Shown: positions 40,241 through 54,173, counted from the first letter of the stretch. The stretch: 64,000 bases of DNA from Octopus vulgaris (GCA_951406725.2 OX597820.1:6820001-6884000); one strand, 5' to 3'. Program-made: numbers and translations. The notes: generated by a model from the sequence alone, not told the origin.

Positions 40241-40535
40241 ATTATTTTGTTAAGATGATTTCTTCAGATATACTATAGAACTTATCACCAGCCCTGATTT
40301 TTGCTACAACGTTTCGTATCGAAGCGTCAGATGTAAACAGACAACGTGATGGAAGACAAAAATGCGTAAACATTGTATGTGCTATATTTCGTGGGGTTGT
40401 TACCCGTTCTTCAGCACTCGTCTAACCCCTTATTGCCTGCGAACGCCTTGCTTATATAGCCACCGCACACAGCGGTGGTAAGTTATTGGATATACCAATT
40501 TATATATGAGATGCATTCATGGGGCTGGTGTTTAT

Positions 40536-40621
40536 ACATTAAGGATTTGTAGGTACGTGGTACTTCGTTGTGCAAACGCGTTTGCATGACGAAGTACTAC
40601 GTACCTACAAATCTTTTATGT
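40536..40621. repeat. 86 bp spacerless palindrome
   Basis: Centre AAACG|CGTTT; 38 of 43 pairs Watson-Crick. Confidence 0.9.
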
Positions 40622-41392
40622 TGATATTGTTTTAAATGTCGGTGATGGATTTGTCGCTGTCGTTGTAAATGTTACAATCGAACTCATTGGTGTTTAGCTG
40701 ATTTTATCAGTTACTGATGATGAAAATTGTTCCACAGCTTCCTTACAGGTTTTCTTTATTCAACAACATATTTCCACATACGCTTAGTTTTTTTTTATTA
40801 TTATATGTACTGCTGGATTTGAAAAAGATTTAGCTGTTGTTTCTAGTTTGCCGCGTGGCGGAAGGCCTCATTCACGGATCATGAATATCTTACAGATATG
40901 CAGTGACGTCAGGGATATAACTAGATATAGATGTGGATCTTATACTCAAAAGGAATCACAAATGTTGTTATCAATATCTCCGTAAGGAGGGTACCACACG
41001 ATTTGAATGAAAATCTTCATAGGGGTTTCTTGATTTATGGAGGCAGAGAGAGATTTCTGGAAATTGGAGGCCTGATTCGACTGTTGGGAACAGAGTGCAC
41101 TCCAATAGTGATAGTCAGGTGTGAAATTGGGGAATGGATTAACTCTACAGTAATGATTCTAATTAAAGAATTGGAGAAATAAGAGATCCAAGAGTATTAT
41201 CGGTGGTGATTTTAAGAGGATATTTTGAGTGTATTAACTTTAAATACAGTATGTCAATGAAATAAGAAGGCTTTCCTTTCCATTTTCGAATCCTTTAAAC
41301 AAAGTTGATGATTTATAAAGTAAACAAGACTCGACAGTAAGAATGAGATTAAAATGTAATTATGGCGATAAAATTGAGATATCTTCACAACT

Positions 41393-41612
41393 AGGCGGAG
41401 AGCTGGCAAAATCATTAGTACACCGGGCGAAATGCTTAGCGGTATTTCGTCTGTCGCTACGTTCTGAGTTCAAGTTCCGCCGAGGTCGACTTTGATTTTT
41501 ATCCTTTCGGTGTCGAAAAATTATACCAGTTCTGGGTTGATAATCGACTGCCTCCCCCCCCCCCCCCCCCAAAAAAAAAATTCGGGCCTTCTGTCTAAAC
41601 TAGAAAAGATTA
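41393..41612 (+). mobile_element. SINE family B monomer
   Basis: GGCGGAGAGCTGGC...GAGTTCAAGTTCCGCCGAGGTCGAC...poly-C...TTCGGGCCTT. Confidence 0.8.
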
Positions 41613-42224
41613 TCTTCGCAACTACATAGGTTCCCAAGTTGTTGCACGTTTGGGAAGTTTTGTCTAGATTAACCTCTGGTCAATAAAAGATTTATGAGGG
41701 AAATTTCATAGGAAACAACTGCGAGAATATACACTATAGAGAACACTCCTGCCCTCGAGCGAAACAATTCACCTGTCGCCATTTCAACACCAAAATCTGG
41801 CTGTTGTTTTTCTTTCGTGGAATCTGTTCTGTTGCAAGTATTTCGGCAACACTGTGTCTAAGGGGAAATTCCGCCTATGACTCTATGAAAAGAACATAAA
41901 TTAATATATATATATATAAGAAGGCATCATTACGGCGTTGATGCACTGAAAATTATAGTATTGACGACGAGTAAATGCCAATTGCTCATTGAACGGTTGC
42001 TCCAGTTTTAGAGTTATAGATTATTGACTTGTGTAAATTTAGAAAAATTCATTGAATATCACGTCAAACCAAAAATAGTTTAAATTATACATTACTAAAT
42101 AATTATTTATGAGTATAGATAAAACGAAATGATAAGTGGCAACGAAATTGAAATATTTATATTTAATTCTGAAAGAATTTATATCGCAATTGAGTCCAAT
42201 CTCTGAGTGTAAAAGTGTGCTTGC

Positions 42225-42311
<87 letters not shown>

Positions 42312-42677
42312 TTTGTGTGTGTGCGGGGCATGTGGGTGTAGAATATTTTACTGGATCCTACTTGTATATTTTCGTCTGCCATTCCAATCAATTCTCTCTA
42401 TAAATTTGTGTCCGCTTCCTCAGAATTTTACGAATAATATACGCCGAGATATGAATATTAGTTCCTTTTGCTTAGTTCTTCAAGACACAATGTTTCGATC
42501 GTGACACCCTCAGTGGTTCTTCACGTCTAACAGTTTTCACCAAAATTCTAAGAATTTCGACCAGAACTAAGCAGTACGCGTAGTAGATTACCAACTGCCG
42601 TTTCTGTCGTTGTCGCAATGAGTTAAATCACAGAGATAGACTCTCTCTATCCCTCTATGTCTCTCCCTCTCTCTCCT

Positions 42678-42744
<67 letters not shown>

Positions 42745-42749
<5 letters not shown>

Positions 42750-43070
42750 TTAGGGAATGAATCCAAAATTACAGGGAAAAAAATCAGATTTAGGGTTAAA
42801 TCCAATTTTATAGTAAAATATTATATAATATAATTCGAGACAAAACCACTATTTTAAAACCAAACAAGGAAAGACTTAATCAATACATAAAATTTTAATA
42901 TAAATTAAATAAACCGCCACTACAAATGTTTCATGTCTGCTACCGACAATCTTCAGGTGGATTTTCGATCTTCTAATCAGTATCAAATTTTGAAGTGAAT
43001 TATATTAAAATTTTATGTATTGATTAAGTCTTTCCTTGTTTGGTTTTAAAATAGTGGTTTTGTCTCGAAT

Positions 43071-43080
<10 letters not shown>
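42745..43080 (-). mobile_element. Fold-back element in (TA)n with a hammerhead in the spacer (Penelope-like non-autonomous element?)
   Basis: Perfect ~80 bp inverted arms 42823-42903 / 43000-43080; 42745-42825 module shared with 57371-57452; (TA)n on both sides. Confidence 0.75.
42917..42960 (-). ncRNA. Minimal Type I hammerhead ribozyme motif
   Basis: CCAC-CUGAAGA-u-UGUC(gguagca)GACA-u-GAAA-CAUUUG-UA-GUGG; stems I and II pair, GUA cleavage triplet. Confidence 0.75.
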
Positions 43081-43130
<50 letters not shown>

Positions 43131-43135
43131 ACAAT

Positions 43136-43640
43136 CAGCAAAATTATCACAAAAGCTGTTACTGAGAGTTGCACGTTCTCGTTCCTCGGACAGTTTTGTT
43201 TAGAATGGAGCAAGATGAAGTTATCTCTCTATATATAAACGGCAGTTTGTCTGTGTGTGTTTCTGTGTGTCTGTTAGGTTGTACCCTCACCCTGACCACG
43301 GCTTTCAACCGATTCTGATGAAACTTGACACACACATAGCCCAATGTCATAATTCAAAACTAACGCAGCGAAAATTTTAAAAAGTTCCCCAGTTCTGAAG
43401 AAAATCGATAAATTCGACATGGGGTCGAGAATCAGAAACACAAACCACAGACTGTCTAGGGGACGCAACTCGACCTTTTTAACTAAAAAAAAGTTTACCA
43501 TCATTTTTTTTCCATTTTTTGGCTATAACTCTCTAAAAATGTTTTATAGTTATTTCCCTTACAAACCCGAGCAATGCCGGGCGATACTGCTAGTACGTAT
43601 ATATAACTCTGAGTAACAGCTTTCGTGATATTTTTGCTGC
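43136..43640. repeat. Fold-back element (~35 bp arms) interrupted by a Helitron
   Basis: CAGCAAAATTATCACAAAAGCTGTTACTGAGAGTT / AACTCTGAGTAACAGCTTTCGTGATATTTTTGCTG. Confidence 0.75.
43224..43593 (+). mobile_element. Non-autonomous Helitron (~370 bp)
   Basis: A|TCTCT start, CCCGAGCAATGCCGGG hairpin, CTAG|T end; sister of 3454-3830. Confidence 0.92.
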
Positions 43641-43895
43641 TTTTTAATATAGCATATTACTCTACCTCTCGTATTCGAGTACTATTTTTTCCACCTTGTT
43701 TCGCGTTTATGTGTCTACTGTGGTATGTATATTTATATATGTATCTGTCTATCAATGACCTTGCTCTACCCCTTGCTTCATGAATATATTAGGGAAGCAT
43801 GGCAGTATGGTTACAATACTAGCTTTGCAGCAGCGAGATTGTTGGTTCAAATCAATTCAGTGACGCATTCGGGCCGCACAATGTGTTATATATAT

Positions 43896-44268
43896 TCTTT
43901 TATTCTTTTACGTGTTTCAGTTATTTGATTGTGGCCATGCTGGAGCACCGCCTTTAGCCGAACGAATCGACCCCAAGACTTATTCTTTGTAGGCCTAGTA
44001 ATTTTATCGTCTCTTTTTCTGACCCGCTAAGTTACGGGTACATAAACACACCAACATCGGTCATCATGCGATGGTTCAGGGATAAACACAAACATGTATA
44101 TACCCACGACGGTCTTTTTTCAGTTGCTGCCTACCAGATCCACTCACAAGGCTTTGGTCGGCCCGAGGCTATAGTAGAAGAGACTTTCGCAAGGTGCCAC
44201 GCAATGGGACATAACCTGGAACCATGATGTTGGGGAGCATGCTCCTTACCACACAGCCACTCCTGCGT
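43896..44268 (-). mobile_element. SINE family A
   Basis: Reverse complement of the family A sequence seen at 50302-50710. Confidence 0.85.
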
Positions 44269-44270
44269 CT

Positions 44271-44343
<73 letters not shown>

Positions 44344-44502
44344 CATCGTGTGTGTGCGTACACACGCACAGAGATGGATAGGCAGACTACGACGGATAAA
44401 CAGAGCGAAACTGAAAACTATCAACCTCCATTCTCCCGGTAGTTTGTTCTTGGGCAGATCTTATGAAAGGGAACTTTCTTCAGCGCTCTCTATGTGACCT
44501 GG

Positions 44503-44616
44503 GAGGAGCTTGGTCTATTCGTCAGTATGTTGCACTGACGATTGCTAGACCGTGGGTTCAAATCCTTGACCGGGCGGCACGTCGTGTTCTTGAGCAAAAT
44601 ACTTCATTTCATATTG
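44503..44616 (+). mobile_element. Degenerate tRNA/CORE SINE head
   Basis: GGGTTCAAATCC B-box followed by GTGTTCTTGAGCAAAATACTT. Confidence 0.55.
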
Positions 44617-46919
44617 GTCTGCCGGTGGGAGAGTGGCGGAACTGTTAACCCTTCTGCAGAGATGTTTTACGGTATATCTGGCAGCTTTGTATATTATGGT
44701 TTTAAATCTCTTCTGCCCGGAGAAGGCAACGAGAAACCACGCCATTGTCTATCCCATGTGTAGTTACGGTAACGAAAAATCCAGTAATTTATTCTTCAGC
44801 GACAGGGGCAGATAAGCATCAACCTTTAGAAAAAAATTTAAAGAGATGCTTTGAAATGTAGAATATTGTATTGTGGTTTATTCAGATAATATATAGACGA
44901 AGATGTAAACAAAAAAATATTGCAAACAAGAATATTTATGTCTCTACTCCATCTGTTTTAAGTCTGTAACGCTGTATATATCTGCGAGCTAGTTATACGT
45001 ATACTTGTGTTTGCAGATGTGGTGGCATTGAAAAATACCTGTTAAATGTGTGTGTGTGTGTGTGTATGTGTGTGTGTGTGTGTTTGTGTGTATTTAGAGT
45101 TCACTTAATTACCTGAGGGATATATAGCAGAACACCAGCTGCCTCTACAAGAATCTCTTTAAAGAGACTCTACTGCCTAGCTAACATGATCGGCAGTAAT
45201 ATTTGTCAGGAAACAGTTAATCCTTGCCGTACACACATAAACACACAGCCAGCAGCATCAGACCAGGCTTGTAGACATAATAACAAACATCGAGACTCAG
45301 GTAAGAATCCATGCAATATTTATGTCGTCCTCAGGTTTATTTTCTCTTACTTTATCAGTATCAAAAAAAAATTATTAAATTAAAAGAAAATATTTTATAA
45401 TCATTGATATTAATATTGTTATTATTTTTTATTATTGATATTATTATTATTGATATTGGTATCGTTATTATTAATATAATTATTATTACTAAATATATTA
45501 TTATCACTGTAGTTATTTTGCTGCTTTTATCGTTGTAATTTCGCAAGAAACAATATTCGGTTGGTTCTTATTGAACAGAATTTATCGAACTTTTATAATT
45601 GGTTTCAGTATTGCTGTTCCAGTCTATTTATTACATGTATCATATATGTCCATTTGTGTGTGTGTGTGTGTGTGTTGAGGGGTGTGTTTATCTGTGTGTG
45701 TGTATGTGCGTCGGTGAGTGTGAGTCTGCGTATTTTATACGGAACTATTACGATGTGTGGTTGTGTTTTCCAATGGCCTGCAGATTGCTTATTTGGTTAT
45801 TCTATAGAATTAGACTTACAAGATTTGATGTAAAAAAACACCTTGTAAGTATTCTCAAATGTACTTATGTACGTATGTATACACAATTATGCATGTGTGT
45901 GTGTATGTGTGTCTATGTACGCTTAGTCAAGGGTTGAGATACAAGGATACTCCATGTAGAAAAAAACATCAGTAACACTCCGACATCGTTATCGCGGAGT
46001 AAAGACAGGCTATAAGAGGAATATAGGTGAGCAGATATGGCGATAATGATTCAGTTGAACAAATAAAACCGTTTGGGCTATATATAACACAGACACACGC
46101 AAACATACACACATATATATATATATATATATATATGTAAAGGGAGAGAAAACAAAGACTGAAAATACGCAGACGATGAATATCCAAATGTATAGATATT
46201 TGTATACCAACAGAATAAACTTACAATGAAGACAAAGACACAGAACACAAAGGGGAGAGGGTATTGTATTACAGGTCCAATAGCTGTTTCTAGGGGCTCG
46301 GAATTACTTCAAAATTTTGGCAGAAAACTTAGAAAATGAAGATTACATGATATCTTGTAAGTATACACACTCACTCACACACACAGGTGTATATTTATAA
46401 ATTCTAATCTTTCCATAAGTATGCAAGTCCATTGGCTACTGGCGATAAATCGGACAGGTGTCGTGCCGGTAACGCCTATTGAGACAAAAGCATGGGCGAC
46501 ATTTGTCCTCTTATCTCCACACTACAATCTCATTCTTTTATTTAATAGTATGTTAAATTTAGAGTTATCTTGATTCTTGGGACTATCTTCCTCCTCCTGG
46601 GGAGCAGGTTTCAATTGCCATTCGAAAATTATTACGTCTCCTGTAAATGCAGCGGTGACGATTTTCATAAATGAAGAATTTATGATGTAAAGTATTTGAT
46701 ATATCTGTATTCACACACACACGCGCGCGCGCGCACGCACATGATGAAAGTTTTGAGTCATGTTAGAGTGTTTAGGAAATTCGAACTGTAATCTTGAGGT
46801 TTCAAAATCTAAAGTCACTGAGATTTCAAAATCTCCGCTCACTGATGGAATGGCCAGTGAGTGGTGGGAGATCTGACCTGCGTGAACAGACGCACAACCG
46901 GAATGTTGTTAAAGTATCA

Positions 46920-46975
<56 letters not shown>

Positions 46976-47100
46976 AATAAGAAAATGGAGAAACAAATTT
47001 AGTTTGTTCATCAACTTACGGATATTATGTTGGATTATTTATTCATTTTACAAATGAGAACATCAAAAGCATGCTACACCCATAACCTCTATCTTACTTT

Positions 47101-47168
<68 letters not shown>

Positions 47169-47548
47169 GAGAGAGAGAGACAGACAGAGATGAGATGTAA
47201 AGAGACAGTGAAAATTAGATTGATTAATTCTAGGAAAAAAAAATGGAAAGTTTTGCTATTAATTTTTTTATTCTCTATTACTTACGTTTCTTTACTAGTA
47301 GGAGTTAAACAGGTGGGAAACACTAGAAATCTGCCATTAGTAATTTATCAGAGAATTAAAGTAATACAATCTTGCAATCGTTTGTATATGCGTCTGTGAA
47401 TATGTTTAACATTTATCTCAAACACACATAGAATCTTATCTTAATTTATACATAATTCTGTTTCTCTTTACTTCCCTCTAACAATATGACACCTGATTCA
47501 TATTCAATAGATATACATATACGCACACACATTTATATACATACATAC

Positions 47549-47599
<51 letters not shown>

Positions 47600-47663
47600 C
47601 ATACATACTCACATATAAGCTTTTATATAAGGAAAAGATGGTTTTTAATTACATATATATACA

Positions 47664-47723
<60 letters not shown>

Positions 47724-48245
47724 TATCTATGACTTCATTTTTCCTCTCACACCGTCTCCGATGCAGGGATATTATTAATTAATATCCTAGAAACAGCTGT
47801 AAGATCTATCTATAAATGCTCTAATATCTATACAGGCTTGGTTTTTTTATCTCATTACGCAAAAAATTCTTATATGCATATATATACACATACATATATA
47901 TATATACATATATAAGCTTGTATTATTGTAATTTTCTATCTGATAAATAACTAAGCCGAAATTAACGTCTTTCCAGGTGTACACCGATGGTATACACACG
48001 GTAAAGAATCATGCGTAATACAGAATAAATAATAACAAAACTTTCCAGCTTTGTGCTTTGATATGTAATTAATTACTCGGCCATAAATACTTTCCAGCAT
48101 TTCGCGTATTCTTCTATATTTTTTCAACTCTCCTATGGATCATAACAACGACGGATCTGCTTCGGAGAACTGGAATACGCAAACGTGGTACATGAGGACG
48201 CAGCTTATATGGTAATTCTCTCTCTCTCTCTCTCTCTGTAGATCG

Positions 48246-48326
<81 letters not shown>

Positions 48327-48924
48327 TACACAGATAGAGATATTCAGCCATATATAGCTGTTATCAATCTTATAGCTAATGCTAGCCTTCGAGAATCTAT
48401 GTTTTTGGTTGTCGAAATTTTGCTCGGGGAAACTCTGTATAAAGTATTCTCTCATTGATTTCATGACAAATCTTAAAATGAATATATTCTAATGAAATAG
48501 GTTTTGGTAAAGACGACGATGGTGGTGATGGTGGTTGTTGTTGTTGTTGTTGGTGGTGGTGATGGTAGTGATGGAGGCGGTGGCGGCGATGATGATGATG
48601 ATGATTGTGATTTCAATGCCTCAGCGCATTCTTCTGTCGTTTTACCATTTGGGGTTAGACATCTCCGGCATTACCAGCAGCAACGAAAAGAGGCTAAAAC
48701 AATATCACAACATCAAAGAGAATAATTATGAAGATGATGATGATGATGGTGGTGATGATTTCGAAAATGGCAGACAATACACTTCTACAGAACACAAGAA
48801 CTATAAAAAAAAATAGTTCCAATTTGAAGTCTTTATGAATACAAATGATGGTGATGATCCTAGGGACAACTGAACAAATAAATACATATTGATAGAAATG
48901 TATGTATGTATATATACATACATA

Positions 48925-48963
<39 letters not shown>

Positions 48964-49942
48964 GCGCACATTATATCAGCCATACAAAACAAGTTCAAAT
49001 GTATTCTGGCGTAGAAAGAGACAATACTCCGCAGAAGTTTTTTCGAGAGAGAAAATTCCCCTGATAGATAATATGGTTCCAATCACACCTCTAGCCCATC
49101 AATGATATACCGGAACCGTAGTGCGTACGGCTTTCATTACTGAGACAACTTGTGCAGAGTATGGTCTTTCCATGTCCGAGTGTAAGAGAACAGACTAAAT
49201 ATGAGTGTATACATCTATTTACCCATCGTGTGTGCCATTAATGTATTTATTAAAGAGTGACAAAGCTTTCAACCATCAGCAAACGAAAGATTGGCTATTT
49301 TAGTATTAGAATGACCACCCTTTCAGTCCCAAGAACGGTGGTATGTTCCTGCTGAGAATATCTAGGAAAGAATTATTTTCTATATTTTGTGCAGGGCCTA
49401 CAATATTCACCCTATCTCGTCACTTGACAATTGTAGACATAGAGAGAAATAGCAGAGATATCTTTCGTAAATCACACAATAGGGTCTTAAATTCAGACCG
49501 CAACATTCCATAATAGACTCCCTAATGAACAGAGAATGGTCACAGCTAGAAAGCTTTCCAACATATTACAATTACGTCATGCTCATCTGGGTCTTAATAA
49601 CAGCAAAAATATAAAGGGAAAAGCGGTCGCCTGATCGTGGATCAGTGCTGTCTGAGAGTGAAATGCTGTTGATAGTTACATCGGTGGAAGAGGCTCTCAC
49701 CACCATTTACCATAACACTATTACATGATGCAGTAAAATATAACGGAGTTATAGATAATATGGCCGATGTCCAGAGACTATCAATCACATTGTTTATGGT
49801 CGAGCAGAAGAAAACAAACAACAAAATGTGGAAACATAATATATACAATCGTAACAGGTTTCAGAGTTTATAATTCAATAACAATAATGATAATAATATT
49901 AATAATAATAATAATGATATAACAATAACAATAATAACAATG

Positions 49943-49995
<53 letters not shown>

Positions 49996-50301
49996 TTAGG
50001 CACAAGGCCAACGATTATGACAGAAATGGGTAAGTCGAAGCCATCACCCCTGGTATTTGACTGGAAATCGATAAGTCGCTTGATGCTGCTTCAAATATGA
50101 TCATCGAGTGTGTGTATATGTGTGAGGGGGGGGGGTCAGAGAGAGAGAGAGAGAAAGAGAGGAAAAGAAAGAGCATTATAAAGAAAAACATAAAAGTTTC
50201 ACATGGTGAGACAAGAAGACATAGCATCTTGGGATACAAACGACTCTGTATAACGGAAACGAGGAAATGAGACAGAAACAGCTGTAATTTGTTGGTTGAA
50301 T

Positions 50302-50710
50302 GCAGGAGTGGCTGTGTGGTAAGTAGCTTGCTAACCAACCACATAGTTCCGGGTTCAGTCCCACTGCGTGGCATCTTGGGCAAGTGTCTTCTGCTATAGC
50401 CTCGGGCCGACCAAAGCTTTGTGAGTGGATTTGGTAGACAGAAACTGAAAGAAGCCTGTCGTATATATATGTATATATATATAAGTGTGTGTGTGTGTGT
50501 GTGTGTTTGTGTGTCTGTCCCTCTAGCATTGCTTGACAACCGATGCTGGTGTGTTTACGTCCCCGTCACCTAGCGGTTCGGCAAAAGAGACCGATGGAAT
50601 AAGTACTGGGCTTACAAAGAATAAGTCCCGGGGTCGAGTTGCTCGACTAAAGGCGGTTTCTCCAGCATGGCCGCAGTCAAATGACTAAAACAAGTAAAAG
50701 AGTAAAGAGA
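50302..50710 (+). mobile_element. SINE family A, well-preserved copy
   Basis: A/B boxes GGAGTGGCTGTGTGG and GGGTTCAGTCCC; tail CAGCATGGCCGCAGTCAAATGACT. Confidence 0.9.
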
Positions 50711-50779
50711 GAGTATATACACAAATATACATACATAGAACAAAGTTCAAACGCATAGACATACATTGTTCATATATGA

Positions 50780-51060
<281 letters not shown>

Positions 51061-51104
51061 AATGAGTACGCACAAATACAGCAAATGTTTATTATTTTTG
51101 TTTG

Positions 51105-51325
51105 TTTTTGTTTGTTTTTCCAGTTTCAGCTCTTGAGCTGTGGCCATGCTGGGGCACCGCCATTGTGGTGAAAGAGTACAGCAGGGATCACCACCCCCTG
51201 CCGGAGCCTCGTAGAGCTTTTAGGTGTTTTCGCTCAATAAACACACACAACGCCCGGTCTGAGAATCGAAACCGCGATCCTGCGACCGCGAGTCCGCTGC
51301 CCTAACCACTAGGCCATTGCGCCTC
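51105..51325 (-). mobile_element. Chimeric SINE: family D head plus CR1-like LINE tail
   Basis: 51163-51325 matches 35607-35775; 51120-51161 reads GGCGGTGCCCCAGCATGGCCACAGCTCAAGAGCTGAAACT, matching the LINE end at 54469-54510. Confidence 0.8.
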
Positions 51326-51825
51326 TGAACTTCTTTCAGAATTGTATGTGGATACTCTGGGTTTCCTGATAGCATAATAGATGAGCCATTATTCGTACAA
51401 TAGGTGATAGGTTTCGCTTTAAGTTAAGCCATTTTAGGGATAAACGCTTAAGAAAATGGCTACCGGAAACAACGTTGTGATTGGTTGTTAGATTTAAATC
51501 TCCAATGAGGTTCATACATCCATGAAATTCATACAATTTTTCTAACCTGAATTTCTGAGAGGTTCTAATCACTTCTTTCCCGATGCGGTTTCCTCCGAAA
51601 TCATTTCTAACCAATAAAAAAATACAAAATTAAACCATGAGTCCTCAGTGTCCTAGATATGAGACTGATTCTTCATGCTGATGCTATTTATGCAATCATT
51701 AAAGGCTGAAGGAAAGAACTGATGTAAGAGATGAAGAAAGAAAGTCAACAGACATCTATCAGTTCAGTATCGATATATTAGGGACTGAATCATTAATCAT
51801 TCAATAGTCTGCTAGTCTTAAAGGT

Positions 51826-52390
51826 TTGCGCTGGCAGAAACGTTAGCACGCCGGGCGAAATGCTTAGCAGTATTTCGTCTGCCGTTACGCTCTGAGTTCA
51901 AATTCCGCCGAGGTCGACTTTGCCTTTCATCCTTTCGGGGTCGATTAAATAAGTACCAGTTACGCACTGGGGATTGATGTAATCGACTTAATCCGTTTGT
52001 CGCCTCTGCGTTTAGCCCCTTCTGGGTTGTAAAGAAATAGGTATTTCGTCTGCCGCTACGCTCTGAGTTCAAATTCCGCCGAGGTCGACTTTGCCTTTCA
52101 TCCTTTCGGGGTCGATTAAATAAGTACCAGTTACTCACTGGGATCGATCTAAACGACTTAATTCCTTTGTCTCTCCTTTTTTGTCCTCTCTGTGTTTAGC
52201 CCCTTGTGGGTAGTAAAGAAGTAGGTATTTCCTCTTTCCTTACCTTCTGATTCCAAATTCCGCCAAGGTCGATTTTCCCTTTCATTCTTCGGGGTCAATA
52301 AATTAAGTATCAGCTGTCTAATGTGGTCGGTCTAATCGACTGGACCCCCTCCCCCAAATTTCGGGCCTTGTGCCAAGAGCAGAAAAGAAT
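51826..52390 (+). mobile_element. SINE family B with three tandem internal units
   Basis: GTATTTCGTCTGCC..GAGTTCAAATTCCGCCGAGGTCGAC units at ~51870, 52041 and 52225, then tail CCCCAAATTTCGGGCCTTGTGCC. Confidence 0.88.
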
Positions 52391-52698
52391 AAGCTGCAAG
52401 TCTTCTTAGCTATGTTTTTGCTGCATTCTATTGTTTATGCTAATGGTGGTGGGGTAACCCACGACACATACATTATCAATCCAACAACGAATATATGTTC
52501 CTTCCAGACTAAAAATGCGTTGCCGTCTGCAATATCGATTGCTTTCAAGCTGATATTAGCAGATTCAGTCAAAAGGCAAGTTGAACAAACAAAGTCCGTA
52601 TTTTAATAGTGGTTAAAATATTTTCCTTAAACGTACAATGTGCTCGCCAAGAATGCTGACCCTTGGACACAATGATAATACTCCCTATATGTGCCCAC

Positions 52699-52786
<88 letters not shown>

Positions 52787-52787
52787 C

Positions 52788-52940
52788 ACTCACGGAGTGG
52801 TTGGCGTTAGGAAGGGCATCAAGCTGTAGAAACACTGCCAGGTCAGACTTGAGCCTGGTGCAGCCTGCTGCCTTCCCAGACCACCGTCGAACCGTCCAAC
52901 CCATGCTAGCATGGAAAGCAGACGTTAAACGATGATGATG
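52788..52940 (+). mobile_element. 5'-truncated SINE with V-domain-like core and (GAT)n tail
   Basis: GGTTGGCGTTAGGAAGGGCATCAAGCTGTAGAAAC resembles the V-SINE domain (from memory); ends GACGTTAAACGATGATGATG. Confidence 0.6.
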
Positions 52941-53029
52941 ATATATATATATATATATATATAAGTACATATATCTGTACACATAGACAAACACATATGT
53001 ACATACATATATCTGTACATATACAGGAC

Positions 53030-53077
<48 letters not shown>

Positions 53078-53345
53078 TATAGTTCTGTATTCATACGAGC
53101 ATACAATAGATCAAATGATGAATGTATTTTGCAACTATATTAATCTTATCCAGATTAATGTTTTAGGCAAGAAAACAGTGACTTTATCGTAAAAAAAAAC
53201 AGTTTTTATCACAGAAGACTCCTGTACACACACATAAACAAAAAACACAGAGACACACACACACACACATACATACATACACACATACATACATACATAC
53301 ACAGGTCTAGTTTGATACACAGATGAAAGCATACATGTGCCTACG

Positions 53346-53393
<48 letters not shown>

Positions 53394-53583
53394 AAAACAC
53401 GCATGAATATACAAGTATATACATATGTATACACACACACACACATATATATATATATACTGATGCATACACATCATGCATATATTCTGAACACTATCGC
53501 AAACGCATAGTTGTGTTCAAAAATTCACCCATACACATACTTAAAAGCCAGTCTTATACACATACACTCAATCAAACACCTAC

Positions 53584-53615
<32 letters not shown>

Positions 53616-53729
53616 CACACACACAGCAAAAAAGTAAATACATGCCTGTTCTTAGATACAGTCGGTGGCGAATATCTAACGAATGTCGCAAGACATCTTT
53701 ACAACACTGCTTCTTAGAAAAAAAAAACC

Positions 53730-53801
<72 letters not shown>

Positions 53802-54135
53802 ATTGTAGTAGTAGTAGTAATTGTAGTACAATGAAACAGTGAAATTAATTGTACTCTAGATGAAGTTGAGAATAAAAAGAGAAAGGAACTAGAAAGGGCC
53901 GAAGGGAGGGGAAGTGATGAAAGAAAGGATGAGAGGAAAATATTAATCTTCCTTTAATCTCCACTTCTTTATCTTTTTCATCTTTCATCTTTCATTGTAC
54001 TACAGTTTTATTGTCTTTCTTCTTCAGGTAGAAAACATGGGAATATCACCGACGGAGAGTGGCTATGTGTGCGGATTCTGCTGTATATCTATACATGTAT
54101 GTGTGTCAGTACAATAGAATTGTATGCTATACTAG

Positions 54136-54173
<38 letters not shown>

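Noticed and set aside
54028-54085. Possible exon after polypyrimidine tract and CAG (VENMGISPTESGY)
   Set aside because: No convincing donor site, no recognisable protein and no companion exons
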